A program made the position numbers and the translations under genes. From a virus (Duplodnaviria; Caudoviricetes): DNA of 64,000 bases. The stretch covers positions 47,972-111,971 of the IMG/VR virus record IMGVR_UViG_3300050119_000088, one strand, 5' to 3'. The notes beneath the pieces are model-generated. The model was not told the origin of the DNA. It made no database searches and saw only the letters and a list, made by a program, of their open reading frames with translations. The first letter of the stretch is position 1; the number at the start of each line of letters is the position of its first letter. Of this stretch, positions 25,688-36,531 are shown one piece after another.

Positions 25688-28600
25688 TTAACTTGAAGGA
25701 GTAGTTGTATCGATCCAAACAGGAACCTGCATGTAATATTCAACAGTACCAACAGCATTGACGACAGAAACAATTTCAACAGCTGTACCTGCTGGAATAG
25801 TATCTGTATCATCGATCTGCATTTGGATTGCCTGAATCAATGTTGCAACACCATTGAATCCCTTTTTGTAAATGTTGACATTATATATTTGAGCGGTATC
25901 TGATGTATTGCCATCTCCATCCACAAAGAATCCAACGTAATCAGCAACAATGCCCGGAGTACCGCCACCGCCACCAGCACCACCAGAAACACCATCTGCA
26001 ACACGTTGAATCAAATACTGAAGCGATCGGTTCATCGTATCACTATCACCCTTAGTTGTAGTTGTACCAAGGGCAACTGCATCTATAGGTGTTGTGACTG
26101 GAACAGGTGTTGCATTGACAGATATAACAGGAATCGTGCTAAGAGGCGAGGGTACAGGCGTTGGTCCTGTATAATCAACACCGCTTGGTTTTACTACACC
26201 AAGATCCGTAGTTCCCGTGCCTCCGAAATATAATTGTTGGCCGTTAACAACAGGAGCAGCCGGTTGACCGTTGGCCAGTGCGGCTCGAGTATCAGCAGCA
26301 ATAGTACCGCTTACGTCAATCACTGCATGTGGAATCTGATTGACAACAACAGGAAGTGTTCCAAGTACATTGACTGGAATCTGGTGAACCTGAGAGTGTG
26401 AAGATATGACATCATACTGTGGTGGTATGATGAAATTCTCTGGAAGATCGTAGGGCCATGCTCCAGGATATTGGAACATATCTCCGAATAGAATTGGAAG
26501 CCATAAATCTAAATTGGCTGTTTGTGTTGAAGGATCATATGTGCAGCCTTGTACAACTGCAAGTGTACCATATGGTCCAAGCGTATTGGTAGGATCATTT
26601 GCAACGTATGGATGTGAGAAGTTCAGATAGATTGTGTCGAATGTTTCAAGAGCTAATTTGGTTAAAGGACACTTGATTTTCATAAGCTTGAATGTATTCG
26701 ATTTACGAAACATCCAGAAGCTTGCAGAGATTGCAACCATTTCTTGCAGATTATAAATATAGAAATCATATTGTTGTTCAACAACACCGTATTTGATATA
26801 GTTGTTACGAACAACAACAAGATTATCGCCTTTAGATTCTTCATAACTGTTACGCCATTTGGCGACATACTTAGTGATTAGTTTGGAAGTATCATCACAT
26901 GATACTTCCATGCTTTGAAGCAAAACATCATTTTCAGTAAGAATATCAACAACGGTATCGACGGCTGGTAGAAACTTGATTTTGAAAACATCATTGTCTA
27001 ACCAAACGCTGCAACGAGCTTGATAGGACATTTCATCAAGCATCTGAATAACATTCTTTTTATCCGCAATATAAAAATTCGACGGATACATTGCACAATA
27101 CGAAGCTGCAAGAGCAAAAGAATCCTGATCCCATGTCTTTGTAGTATAGGTATCAATGATCCAAATGATTTGATAAACAGTGTTTGATACAGGTGTTGCA
27201 CCTGATGTCACTGTTGCATATATTTGATCTTCCCAATCTTGCCCACTATAAGAAGATAGTGGATTGTTCATCCGAATAACTGTTGCAGTAATCGAGCCGT
27301 ATGTAACATATACGACTTGATAATAACTTGCTGGAACCTGATACAATGTTTTGACATTGTTCAGATTACGATAAGCAAATACACCATCTACGATAGACGG
27401 ATTTGAATCAACGATCCAGTCAATTGTGGCAAGTGTAGGTTGCTTACCATTACCATACAAAGTAATGCTTGTTCCACCATTAAGAATCAATGCAGAGAGT
27501 TGTTGATTGACAATAGGAATTGTATATTGTGGAATTGCACTTGCACCCAAGAAGATGGGATCGTTAATAGCAGGTTCAACATATGTACTGAAGGGTTCGA
27601 AGCTGAAGTCGATTTGAAATGGAATGTTAGGATTCAAGCTATATAATGGATTGCCACTATCAATGGCAGATCCACCTTTAGCTGCTTCAATAACACTAAG
27701 AATAGTTCCATTCATGTATGGAACTAGGTTGAAAATAGGTTGTTCAAGATCCTGGAAATATGCAATAGCGTCGCCTGTATTGAGATTGATGTTAGTAAAC
27801 ATTACTAACATTTCTCGATTTCCAACAAGACAATCAAGCCAAACATTTGGTTCGAAGTATTCAGCATTAAGAACAAGACTGCCTTCCATAAGGCTGTGGA
27901 CGCGATTGTATAATAGTGTTGTATCTCCACCTGTGGGAACATTGTAGCCTCCAGGTGTGGCAGCAGAATCAACTATTACCAGATCCTGAGAATCTGGACT
28001 CATAATACCGCCGCCGACTAACCACGGTCCTTGTCCATGTGGTGCAACATTAACGGGAATTCCACCAGGATATACTGTACGTAAAAGGAATATTTGGACG
28101 ACACCAATGGCATCACAACTGATTGTAATAACATTAGCATCAGCAACACCGCCAGGATTGTCAGCACTATCTTCTACGTTTCCTAGATTGGCACTACCGG
28201 TTGTCGTACTTCCAGCAAATAAAACTGGTGAATGATTACCATTAGAATCTACTGATACTGTCCAGTAGCCATAGGATGTTGTACCAGGAATACCCTGTTG
28301 TGTTACTGTAGCAGTGGGAGCACCAGTGTATTTGTTTTGTTGTGTAAGATATTGGTTCGAAGCTCGCAAGATCGCGTTGTTTCCTGCGAGAATCTTTGCA
28401 TTAGCCGCTTGTAACTTTTGCTGAAATGCAATTTGATATTTTGCAGATTCGAGATTGGAACCATCGGAGGTTGTATCATCACCAGCAAGACCAGATAGTT
28501 CTGCATTCTCTAGCCAGAATTTGGCATACGCATTTTGTTGGATTGCGTCAAGCAGATCACGGCCAGCATTATAGAAGTCTTGTGATCCTTCATTGCCTGC

Positions 28601-29206
28601 TTGGAAATAAAAGTTACCTACAGGCTGTGCAATTGATGCATTAGGTGTCGGTTGATATGTAAGGCCAGGAACATTGGTTGCTGTGCCGAAAACCAAAGGC
28701 CACGGCTTGCCAATACCAAAATATGGCAAATTGGTGAACAAGCCTTCTTCAGGTGTAAAACCAACTTCATTATCTTGGATTGTAGAAACCACATCAAAGC
28801 TAAAGCTACGATCGCCTTCTTTCCAGACAATTGGAGAAACAATCTCACCTTGAAAGATTAAAAACTTGTCACTGAAAGGAATGCCTTTGAAGAGTTGGTA
28901 AATCTTAGCAGGTACTTTGTGAATATCAATAATGTCAAAGAATGGCTTGATAAGATTTGCAGAATCATCAAGCACAATAGAGATATTGGAACTTGAACCA
29001 ACACCATCGAATTTGGTAACATTTTCAATGTTACCCATTGTAAGAATAATACCGGGAGCTTCAGGCAGCTCTGTATCTGCATAAAAATATTCAATGCCTG
29101 ATGTCCACACAATACCAAGAACCATGATCGGTTCGAGACCTTGTGGGTTGCTCAGAATTGATATTGCAAGCGGAGATAAATTTCGCATAATCAAGGCAGA
29201 CCCCAA
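25688..29206 (-). CDS. Large tail tip / baseplate hub protein
   Basis: 1172 aa downstream of the tape measure; GKPWPLVFG motif common in tail tip proteins. Confidence 0.72.
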   Translation of the reverse strand: MGSALIMRNLSPLAISILSNPQGLEPIMVLGIVWTSGIEYFYADTELPEAPGIILTMGNIENVTKFDGVGSSSNISIVLDDSANLIKPFFDIIDIHKVPAKIYQLFKGIPFSDKFLIFQGEIVSPIVWKEGDRSFSFDVVSTIQDNEVGFTPEEGLFTNLPYFGIGKPWPLVFGTATNVPGLTYQPTPNASIAQPVGNFYFQAGNEGSQDFYNAGRDLLDAIQQNAYAKFWLENAELSGLAGDDTTSDGSNLESAKYQIAFQQKLQAANAKILAGNNAILRASNQYLTQQNKYTGAPTATVTQQGIPGTTSYGYWTVSVDSNGNHSPVLFAGSTTTGSANLGNVEDSADNPGGVADANVITISCDAIGVVQIFLLRTVYPGGIPVNVAPHGQGPWLVGGGIMSPDSQDLVIVDSAATPGGYNVPTGGDTTLLYNRVHSLMEGSLVLNAEYFEPNVWLDCLVGNREMLVMFTNINLNTGDAIAYFQDLEQPIFNLVPYMNGTILSVIEAAKGGSAIDSGNPLYSLNPNIPFQIDFSFEPFSTYVEPAINDPIFLGASAIPQYTIPIVNQQLSALILNGGTSITLYGNGKQPTLATIDWIVDSNPSIVDGVFAYRNLNNVKTLYQVPASYYQVVYVTYGSITATVIRMNNPLSSYSGQDWEDQIYATVTSGATPVSNTVYQIIWIIDTYTTKTWDQDSFALAASYCAMYPSNFYIADKKNVIQMLDEMSYQARCSVWLDNDVFKIKFLPAVDTVVDILTENDVLLQSMEVSCDDTSKLITKYVAKWRNSYEESKGDNLVVVRNNYIKYGVVEQQYDFYIYNLQEMVAISASFWMFRKSNTFKLMKIKCPLTKLALETFDTIYLNFSHPYVANDPTNTLGPYGTLAVVQGCTYDPSTQTANLDLWLPILFGDMFQYPGAWPYDLPENFIIPPQYDVISSHSQVHQIPVNVLGTLPVVVNQIPHAVIDVSGTIAADTRAALANGQPAAPVVNGQQLYFGGTGTTDLGVVKPSGVDYTGPTPVPSPLSTIPVISVNATPVPVTTPIDAVALGTTTTKGDSDTMNRSLQYLIQRVADGVSGGAGGGGGTPGIVADYVGFFVDGDGNTSDTAQIYNVNIYKKGFNGVATLIQAIQMQIDDTDTIPAGTAVEIVSVVNAVGTVEYYMQVPVWIDTTTPSS

Positions 29207-29583
29207 GGAAAGCCCTCAAACTCTAATCCCATTGTAAAGTTTGTAGCACTTTCTTGTGTAACATCGATTGTTGGACTACAAATAAATCCTAACCAAGATC
29301 GATTTTCAAAATCAACATAATAAATGTACGTACCAAAATATAATGTAACAAAGGCGTGCATATAATCGCATTGGCTCTGTGTCAAATATGTGAATTCTAA
29401 TTTAAGTCGCTCAAAGCGCGGCCAAATTGGATCTGCGAATATAATAAGATCATTACCTAATGTGTTCTTTTTCGTTCGTGTAAAGTCTAGTGTATCTGTG
29501 TCACCAAATTCGGGGCTACGAAGAACTGCTGAATTGACAAGAGTAGCACCGTTATATACCAAGAATGCTGCTCCCACAATCAA
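29191..29583 (-). CDS. Distal-tail-like structural protein
   Basis: Position; PEFGDT...LEFEG domain shared with the C-terminus of 48734-50176. Confidence 0.55.
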   Translation of the reverse strand: MIVGAAFLVYNGATLVNSAVLRSPEFGDTDTLDFTRTKKNTLGNDLIIFADPIWPRFERLKLEFTYLTQSQCDYMHAFVTLYFGTYIYYVDFENRSWLGFICSPTIDVTQESATNFTMGLEFEGFPWGLP

Positions 29584-30116
29584 GCTCCCGGAATGAGGAC
29601 ACCTAAAGGTATTCCGTAATAATATGGATCTACTTTATAGCAGATCGCAAAATCCTTCATAGTAAGAGTATCACTAATCGGTTGTGGCCTTGACATATTC
29701 ATGATGATTGCTTCAAGAAAAGCAATCGAATCTTGCCCGATCGGTCCACTTGAATGCCCAACTGTTTCAATAAGCGAGAGCGTCTCCAAGATGTTACGCC
29801 CCAGAACAGTACGAGCACCGTCGAATAGAATAAGATAGTCGTTGAATGCGGCAATAGTGAGTCGGCCAGCATGTTCGTGAAAAATGAGGGTATCATAGAT
29901 TCCTTCAATCTTCTTTCCAAAATGTAGGTGCACTGAATCTGTGAAAGTAATAACAGATGCAGCATGTCCACCTTTTGTATTGCTCTTTTCGATTTCGGCA
30001 AGCAAAAGAGCATCAGTGACGCTTATAATATGTTGGTTGTTTGTCGTAGCGTCACGAAAGGACACTAAGTCATTGACGCTTAATGACGTAATCATACAGT
30101 CTCCAATACTCGGCAT
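29580..30116 (-). CDS. Structural protein made of D-x-L-x-F-x-D/E repeats
   Basis: Repeats such as DLVSFRD, DTLIFHE, DYLILFD, DSIAFLE. Confidence 0.6.
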   Translation of the reverse strand: MPSIGDCMITSLSVNDLVSFRDATTNNQHIISVTDALLLAEIEKSNTKGGHAASVITFTDSVHLHFGKKIEGIYDTLIFHEHAGRLTIAAFNDYLILFDGARTVLGRNILETLSLIETVGHSSGPIGQDSIAFLEAIIMNMSRPQPISDTLTMKDFAICYKVDPYYYGIPLGVLIPGA

Positions 30117-30139
30117 GTATCCCGTTGATACATGCCGAG
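30109..30139 (-). promoter_or_regulatory. 13-bp perfect hairpin covering the start codon of 29580-30116
   Basis: CTCGGCATGTATC / GATACATGCCGAG with 5-nt loop. Confidence 0.7.
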
Positions 30140-30144
30140 CTTAG

Positions 30145-30699
30145 TTAGTCACTAATCGTGTAAGTGATCTTGAGCTGGTCTCCTGTTGTAACAGGAACTG
30201 TCGCACTGAACGAAGCTCCTGACCAGAGCGTACCGGATGTACCACCCTTTGCCGAGCCGGAGGTAACGAAGATTCCGTTCAGTGTACCCGTACCGTTGAT
30301 ATCGAACGTCGCGGGCGAAGCGTTGGTAACGGATTGTGCGGACGAAGTGCTCTGGCCCCACAGAACCCGCGTTGACTGAACGAACGATGTGAATTCGTTC
30401 CATCCAGCATGTGATGCCATCACGTCGCTGCTGTTCAGAGCTGTGAAGCCGGTGTTGTCGATCAGAGAGATGTACCAAGAGCTTGACGCAATCTGCGTCG
30501 CACTATTGAACATCGTATCAAGGATCTGACCACGACCCAGAGCTGTAACAGCATTGTCAATATCGTAAAGAGCGAACAGGTCGCCTTTACGCCAGTGTTC
30601 GATCTTCGGGAAGCGGCCTTTAAAGTTGAGATTATCAACCTTATCAGAGCGACCCTTTGTGAAGAACAAACTTTCTTGCAACGAGATACCTTCAATCAT
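30145..30699 (-). CDS. Tail/baseplate-associated structural protein
   Basis: N.VT..G...ILD..F, W.E, GTLWS...F, GDQLKITYT pattern of phage tail structural proteins. Confidence 0.65.
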   Translation of the reverse strand: MIEGISLQESLFFTKGRSDKVDNLNFKGRFPKIEHWRKGDLFALYDIDNAVTALGRGQILDTMFNSATQIASSSWYISLIDNTGFTALNSSDVMASHAGWNEFTSFVQSTRVLWGQSTSSAQSVTNASPATFDINGTGTLNGIFVTSGSAKGGTSGTLWSGASFSATVPVTTGDQLKITYTISD

Positions 30700-30711
30700 T
30701 TGATTCTCTTT

Positions 30712-33700
30712 CTATGTAAGCCGAAGTGTTCCGCGTTGTATTTCACGTCGAAGTTCAAAACCGATTTGGCGAGCAGTCTCTTTAGAACTTTGAGATCCAC
30801 TCACATTAACAGTAATGTCTCCAACAGTAGTTGTACTTCCACCAGCAGATCGGTATGCCGGATTCTTGTTCATGGCAATCAGTTGTGGAAGGAAGCTTGC
30901 TGTAGCTTCTTTCGTCATAACGAATTCGCCAGGAGTTGCCATGATTGGAACCGTATCAGAACCACGGCTCATCTTACCTTGCATAAAGTCAAGAATACTT
31001 CCACCGCCAGCAAAATAGCCTACCTTGCCGCCGGTTGCTTTTGGTGTAGCAATAACATCATTGATGCTTGCACCAGCATTGAGTTGATCAATTTGTGCCT
31101 GAGAAAATGCACCACGGGCAGCGGGTGCTGGTGCTAATCCGGCTCCAGCACCTGCAAGACCGCTTTTGAAATCATTTACTTGAGCGTTTGCAAGTGTAAG
31201 TTGTTCTTTTAACTGTCCAAGCACCTTGGTTGAATCTGCACCAAAAACTGCAATTGCTGAAGTAGCATTGTTCCATGCAGTTTTCATAAGATCAATTTTA
31301 CCTTGGTACTCTTCAACCAATTTCTGTTGTGCTTTAACTACTTCATTTTGTTCTTCTTCTTTTGCTTTGAGTTCTTGTGTCTTGACAAGTTGTTCAGAAA
31401 CTGTTCGGAGGAAATCTTCGAGAGATGTTCCTTTGGCTGGATCGAAGACTGAAGAAAATATACTTGCACCGCCAAATAAGCCACGTTGTCTGTCGATTCC
31501 CTCAAGCAGTTCTCGAACTTTTGCAAGGGAAGTTTGGGCAGCTTCAATATTTTTCGGATTCAGATTTTCAAGTTGTGCTTGTAGCCCTTGGAACTCTGCA
31601 CGAACTTTTGCAACCTGAGTATCATTAGCTGAAGAACCACCTGAACCAAAGGTTCTTGCAAGGAAGCCTGAGCCTGCGTTATTTGTTAGTCCTTCAAGGA
31701 TTGTTTTGACATCTGCTTTTGCAGAATCTTTAGAGGCATCGAGTTGTGCTCGTAAGCTAACTAAATTTTTCTTAGTTTCATCGATACCTTTATTAAGTCT
31801 AAGAATTGCCTTTTCATATTCGGCTAGGTTTGCTGTGAATCCTTGTGTGACAAGTTGTGCTTCGTTGGTTGTTGCTTGTGTACTTCTTTGAGCATCGAAG
31901 CCTTTACGCAAATCTGCAAGGGCACCTTTGAAATCCTTCAAGATGGCAAGTTTGCCACTGAATGATTCTGTTGTACCAATAAGCTTCAGAGCTTCTTGCT
32001 GCAAGGCTTCAAGATCGGCCGTCGCCTTTTCAGGATCATCAATGTAAGCTTTCTTGATGTTTCCTTGCTTATCAAAAGCAGAGAAACTTGCAATCTTTTT
32101 GAAGATATCTTCAAGCTTACCAAGATCCGCACGCTTCTGCTGCTCTTGTTGTCGAGCAAGTTCTGCTTTTTGTTGTTCTTGCTTTATGATCTGCTGATTA
32201 ACAGCAGCATATTCTTTTTGAACATCATTGATGGCATGTTGAATACCAAGAAACGCTGGTGCCTGGTAATCACGGTCATCTCGGACGTTGTGTTTGGTGA
32301 CTGTCTTGGTAGATAGATTCTCAAGAATCTTTTCAATATCTTGATATTTCTTTTTGACAGTATCAAGATCGCCGGCTTGTGCAGCCAATGAAGCTTCAGA
32401 CTTGAGTTCAGCAATATGCTTCTTGGCAAGATACTCTAATTCGACATTTTGCTCATTGCCTTTGTAGAAATGCCCACCTGCAACATTAGGATTGTATCCT
32501 GTTGCAATTTGAGCTTCGGCTCGAGAATAGTTGAATTTTTCAAGTTTCTCATTGTTCGCTGCAATCTCTTTTTGACCCTTAGCAATAGCAGATTGTAGCT
32601 TTGTCTGATCACTATTCAATGCGGTAATTTCATCACGCAATGCGTGTGTGAAAAGATCCATTGAATTTCTGACAGATTCTCCAGCCGCTTTGGATGCTTC
32701 TTTCTGGCTATCGAGAATTTCAGTGGATGCAGCACGAGCGGCAACTACGAGTTGTTCGTACTGTTGCTTGGCAGCATCAATACCTTCTTTCAAAGTATCT
32801 GTCTGCTTGGCAACTTGAAGTGAATAAAGTCTCGAACTTTCAGCTGTATCTTTAGCTGCATCATCTCTTGCCTTTTCCGCAAAGGCAGACATTGCAGCAT
32901 CGGCTTGAATAGCTTGAATCTTAATGAAAGCAAATGCCGCAGCAACGGCTGCAAGAACAATAGTAACAGGACCGAATGCAAAAGCTGTAGCTGCTCCAGC
33001 ACTAGCGATTGCGGGTGTTGCAGCAGATGCGGCAGCACCAATTCCAAGAAATGCTTGAGCTGCAGCAATAATACCCTCAATAGCAACAGCACCCTTGACA
33101 ATTCCACCAAAGGCAATAATTGGACCACCGACTTGAACAGCAATATTGTATACAGTCTTGATTGTCTGAGCAAGACCACCAAAATAATCAGTGGCCTTTA
33201 GAATATTCTTTAATATAGAAGTTTCCCATGTCACGAGGAAGAAGTTTTTGATCTCTTGCATTTGTTGCAAGAATTTTTGTCCTGGATTAATATCAAATAT
33301 TTTCTTTGCACCTTCGAAAGTACCTTGAGCATCTTTGATTTGCTCTAAGTCACTTGCAAAGTCTTTGCCCTCATTTGCTAATACACCCAAGATACCCTTT
33401 GCACCTCGCAATTCATCAAACAGCTTGGAAATAGCTGCTGCTGATCCGCCTGTCTCTTCTTGTAATTTCTTAAATACACCGGCAAGACTATAAACTGCAA
33501 TAGCTTCTTCACCACTAGTAACGCCAATCTTCTTGAAGAAGTCAGCAAGTTCAGCCGAAGGCTTGGCAAGCTTGTTAAAGACCTGACCAACTTCAGTCAT
33601 GGCAACATCGACAGAGATACCTTGTCTCGTCAATACTGACATGAATGCTGTGAGTTCTTCAACTGTAACGCCTAATGATTTTGCAAGCGGACCAACACGA

Positions 33701-35790
33701 CCAATACTACTTGACAACTCGTTCATAGTAATCTTACCAAGGTCAATACCCTTGAATAAGATTCCTGAAATCTTTTCAGTATCGGAAATATCTTTGCCGA
33801 AAGAATTCATGACGCCGGACACTGCGTCAATAGAATTCTTGAACGAAGAACCTGTGACTTGTGCAAGCCGGCCAACACTCAAACCGAATCGATCAAAATC
33901 AGCAGAAGTTTCAATAACTTGATTGGAAAGAGCATCATATGCTCCTTTGGCAACGTCAGCACTCTCCAGACCCAGAGAGTCACTAACACGAATTACACTA
34001 CTTGCCCATTGATCAAAACTAACGCCAGACTCTTGGCTTAGTGTTTGAATCAAAGCAATTGATCTTGAGAATTTGGCAGCTTCTTCTACAGTGTCTTTAA
34101 ACGAATTCTTGAGTTGTTCAATTTGACGTAAAAGATAAACAACACCTGTAATAGTACCGAGGCTATTAAGCGAGCTGGAAATACTTACACCAGCTTCTTT
34201 TCCACTTTTGCCAGTATCATCAAATGCTGTTTTGAGTTTGTTGAGTTGGGTGGTAGCTTTTTCAACTTCTGGATTTGGTGGATATTTTGGAAAAGGATTC
34301 GGCTGCCTCCCCATTTCAGCTAAGGCTTGCGTGAAACCGAGAACCGACAATTTACCATTGACAATTCGTTGAATTAAAACATTCATCTGTTGATTGAATG
34401 AATTAATCTGAGACGCAGAGGCTCCTGCAAGTTGTGTACTGAATTGTGCTTGCACAGCAGCTTGTGCAGCAACGGCATCTTTGTATCGTTGTGCTGATAA
34501 TGTTGTTTTGGCAAGTTCGTCTTGCTGCTTTTTCAAAGCAGTTGCAGCAGCCGTAGCAGATCGATCAAACGACGCACCAAGAGCATCAAGTTTGACTCTT
34601 GCTGCTTCAATACTTGGAGGAAGAACAATATTGGTAAATGGATTCTTGTTCTTTCCGATTGCGAGAATCGCTTGATTCAAATCGAATAATGTAAGCTTAC
34701 CTCGCTGAACATCCTGCAATAGTGAATTAAGTTTGGTATTGAATTTCTCAATATCTGCTGTAGATGACGAAGATAATGGTGTAGCGAATTTTGCTTGAAT
34801 AGCTGCTTGAGCTGCAACAGCATCACGATAGCGTTGTTGTTTTGCTGTCGTTGCATCAAGAGCATCTTGTAGTTTTTTCTGAGCTGCAACAGCAATATCG
34901 TTGGCTTGTGCTTGTGTCTTGCCTGTAGCTAAAGCGGCTTGTTGTATATTGAAAAGTTGTTGCCGAAGTTTCTCTTGGCTTGCGGTAAGGTTCTTGTTCG
35001 AGAAATCACCTGCATTCAATGCTTTCATTGCAGCATTGAAATCAACAACTTTGACCTTACCTTCTTGGAAGCTACGGACAACAACATTGATGGCTCGGCG
35101 AACAGGTTCGAGTTCCCTTTCTGTAGATTTGCCGTCAACAGGAAATAAAGTTTTCGTTTTCTCACCAACAGCAATACCTCGAATTGCAGCAGAAGCGGCT
35201 CGTGCGGCTTCCTTTGCTGATAATCCCAGATTGGCATAAGCAGTAATAATGGCTTTTACTGCACGAACACCTTCTTGCTCTTGTACCTTGTATTGAGCAT
35301 TGATGTCTGTGGTAAGTCGCTTATTAATATCATTGATCTGTGCAGCAGAATATTTTTGATTCGCAACTAGTTTCGCAGCGTTAGTAATAGCTGTTTGTAG
35401 AGCAGCCTTCTCATCATCTGAACCACGTTTGCCACTTAAAGGATTCGCAGATGTAAGTTGACCTTTAACTGTATTCGCTGAAGCAAGAGCCTGAGCTTTG
35501 GCATAGGCATTCATCTCACGAACGGATTTTCCAATCTCCGACGTGGTAGCCTGAAAGCCTTTTCCTACCTTATCCAAAGAGATATTTACAGTGTTGCCTG
35601 CATCTGTAACGGCAACAAACGAAGCCGTTACTAGCTTATTGGCTCCATTTATTTCGCCACTAACATCTATAACTTTCTTATAGATTGTATTGAGACGAAG
35701 AAACGAAGCTATAAGCTTATCAAGTTCGCTGATACCTTTTGAAGCATCAACAACAAGCTTGCTTGAACTGCCACCAGCAGGAGGAGGCAT
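30712..35790 (-). CDS. Tail tape measure protein (TP901-family core)
   Basis: 1692 aa Ala-rich helical; GKITMNELSSSIGRVGPLA core; C-term GSDTVP.MATPGEFV. Confidence 0.92.
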   Translation of the reverse strand: MPPPAGGSSSKLVVDASKGISELDKLIASFLRLNTIYKKVIDVSGEINGANKLVTASFVAVTDAGNTVNISLDKVGKGFQATTSEIGKSVREMNAYAKAQALASANTVKGQLTSANPLSGKRGSDDEKAALQTAITNAAKLVANQKYSAAQINDINKRLTTDINAQYKVQEQEGVRAVKAIITAYANLGLSAKEAARAASAAIRGIAVGEKTKTLFPVDGKSTERELEPVRRAINVVVRSFQEGKVKVVDFNAAMKALNAGDFSNKNLTASQEKLRQQLFNIQQAALATGKTQAQANDIAVAAQKKLQDALDATTAKQQRYRDAVAAQAAIQAKFATPLSSSSTADIEKFNTKLNSLLQDVQRGKLTLFDLNQAILAIGKNKNPFTNIVLPPSIEAARVKLDALGASFDRSATAAATALKKQQDELAKTTLSAQRYKDAVAAQAAVQAQFSTQLAGASASQINSFNQQMNVLIQRIVNGKLSVLGFTQALAEMGRQPNPFPKYPPNPEVEKATTQLNKLKTAFDDTGKSGKEAGVSISSSLNSLGTITGVVYLLRQIEQLKNSFKDTVEEAAKFSRSIALIQTLSQESGVSFDQWASSVIRVSDSLGLESADVAKGAYDALSNQVIETSADFDRFGLSVGRLAQVTGSSFKNSIDAVSGVMNSFGKDISDTEKISGILFKGIDLGKITMNELSSSIGRVGPLAKSLGVTVEELTAFMSVLTRQGISVDVAMTEVGQVFNKLAKPSAELADFFKKIGVTSGEEAIAVYSLAGVFKKLQEETGGSAAAISKLFDELRGAKGILGVLANEGKDFASDLEQIKDAQGTFEGAKKIFDINPGQKFLQQMQEIKNFFLVTWETSILKNILKATDYFGGLAQTIKTVYNIAVQVGGPIIAFGGIVKGAVAIEGIIAAAQAFLGIGAAASAATPAIASAGAATAFAFGPVTIVLAAVAAAFAFIKIQAIQADAAMSAFAEKARDDAAKDTAESSRLYSLQVAKQTDTLKEGIDAAKQQYEQLVVAARAASTEILDSQKEASKAAGESVRNSMDLFTHALRDEITALNSDQTKLQSAIAKGQKEIAANNEKLEKFNYSRAEAQIATGYNPNVAGGHFYKGNEQNVELEYLAKKHIAELKSEASLAAQAGDLDTVKKKYQDIEKILENLSTKTVTKHNVRDDRDYQAPAFLGIQHAINDVQKEYAAVNQQIIKQEQQKAELARQQEQQKRADLGKLEDIFKKIASFSAFDKQGNIKKAYIDDPEKATADLEALQQEALKLIGTTESFSGKLAILKDFKGALADLRKGFDAQRSTQATTNEAQLVTQGFTANLAEYEKAILRLNKGIDETKKNLVSLRAQLDASKDSAKADVKTILEGLTNNAGSGFLARTFGSGGSSANDTQVAKVRAEFQGLQAQLENLNPKNIEAAQTSLAKVRELLEGIDRQRGLFGGASIFSSVFDPAKGTSLEDFLRTVSEQLVKTQELKAKEEEQNEVVKAQQKLVEEYQGKIDLMKTAWNNATSAIAVFGADSTKVLGQLKEQLTLANAQVNDFKSGLAGAGAGLAPAPAARGAFSQAQIDQLNAGASINDVIATPKATGGKVGYFAGGGSILDFMQGKMSRGSDTVPIMATPGEFVMTKEATASFLPQLIAMNKNPAYRSAGGSTTTVGDITVNVSGSQSSKETARQIGFELRREIQRGTLRLT

Positions 35791-35799
35791 AATGTTCCT

Positions 35800-36300
35800 T
35801 TAGAAGACAGAAGCAGTAACCACAATAAAGTCAGCTATGTTTGGCATTCTTTGTGGCAATACGTCTTCAATATATTTTTCAAAAGCAGCTTGACCTGCAT
35901 CCATTGCGTGCCAAGGCGAGTCATGTGTTAAATGAAAGCCATAAGCATTTGCATTATTTTGATCATTGAATTTGAAGTATGCAAGGAAATTCGTAAACTC
36001 GAAAGTATACGTATTTCCTGCATCATCAAAATCAAAGCCACCTAAAGCATCACCGAATCCGGGACCTTTGTTTTCTCGTTCCACAACAGGGCTGATTGGA
36101 ACAGCAACCCGAAGATATCTTCCGAGTGGTTGGAGAGTGCCTATAGCTGTGCCTGTCCATACAGGAACTTTTGGTATCACAGCTTTAAGCCACTCTCGAG
36201 CGGCATTTCGCATCTGAACTTTCAAAGCCTCATCTCGTGTCTTGAGATATCCTGGCTTATCAAAGTCCAAAAACTGAAGTGTGCCGAACATCGTATACAT
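35800..36300 (-). CDS. Neck / tail completion protein (HK97 gp10-like)
   Basis: VPVWTG motif and position. Confidence 0.55.
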   Translation of the reverse strand: MYTMFGTLQFLDFDKPGYLKTRDEALKVQMRNAAREWLKAVIPKVPVWTGTAIGTLQPLGRYLRVAVPISPVVERENKGPGFGDALGGFDFDDAGNTYTFEFTNFLAYFKFNDQNNANAYGFHLTHDSPWHAMDAGQAAFEKYIEDVLPQRMPNIADFIVVTASVF

Positions 36301-36306
36301 GATACC

Positions 36307-36531
36307 TCAATGCGGCATGCTTGCCGCAAGCATTTCAGCCTCTTCGATTTCTCGAATCTGGTTGAATGCAATCATTTTGGCTTGAGTCCAGAAATCTATT
36401 TCGGACCAGTGGGTTCGGACACCATCTGGCTTTACTCCGAATCTTTCGCAAGCTCGCCAGATGGCGTAATCTGGAGTTCGTCCGCTGGGGAGGACGATTG
36501 ATCTTGTGGTTCCTGCTGCGAAAGTAAAAAA
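36307..36531 (-). CDS. Tail chaperone -1 frameshift extension (GT-like)
   Basis: T TTT TTA at 36531-36525; -1 frame open (…YAIWRACERFGVKP…QAKMIAFNQIRE…) to TGA at 36309-36307. Confidence 0.8.
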   Translation of the reverse strand, partial: FFTFAAGTTRSIVLPSGRTPDYAIWRACERFGVKPDGVRTHWSEIDFWTQAKMIAFNQIREIEEAEMLAASMPH

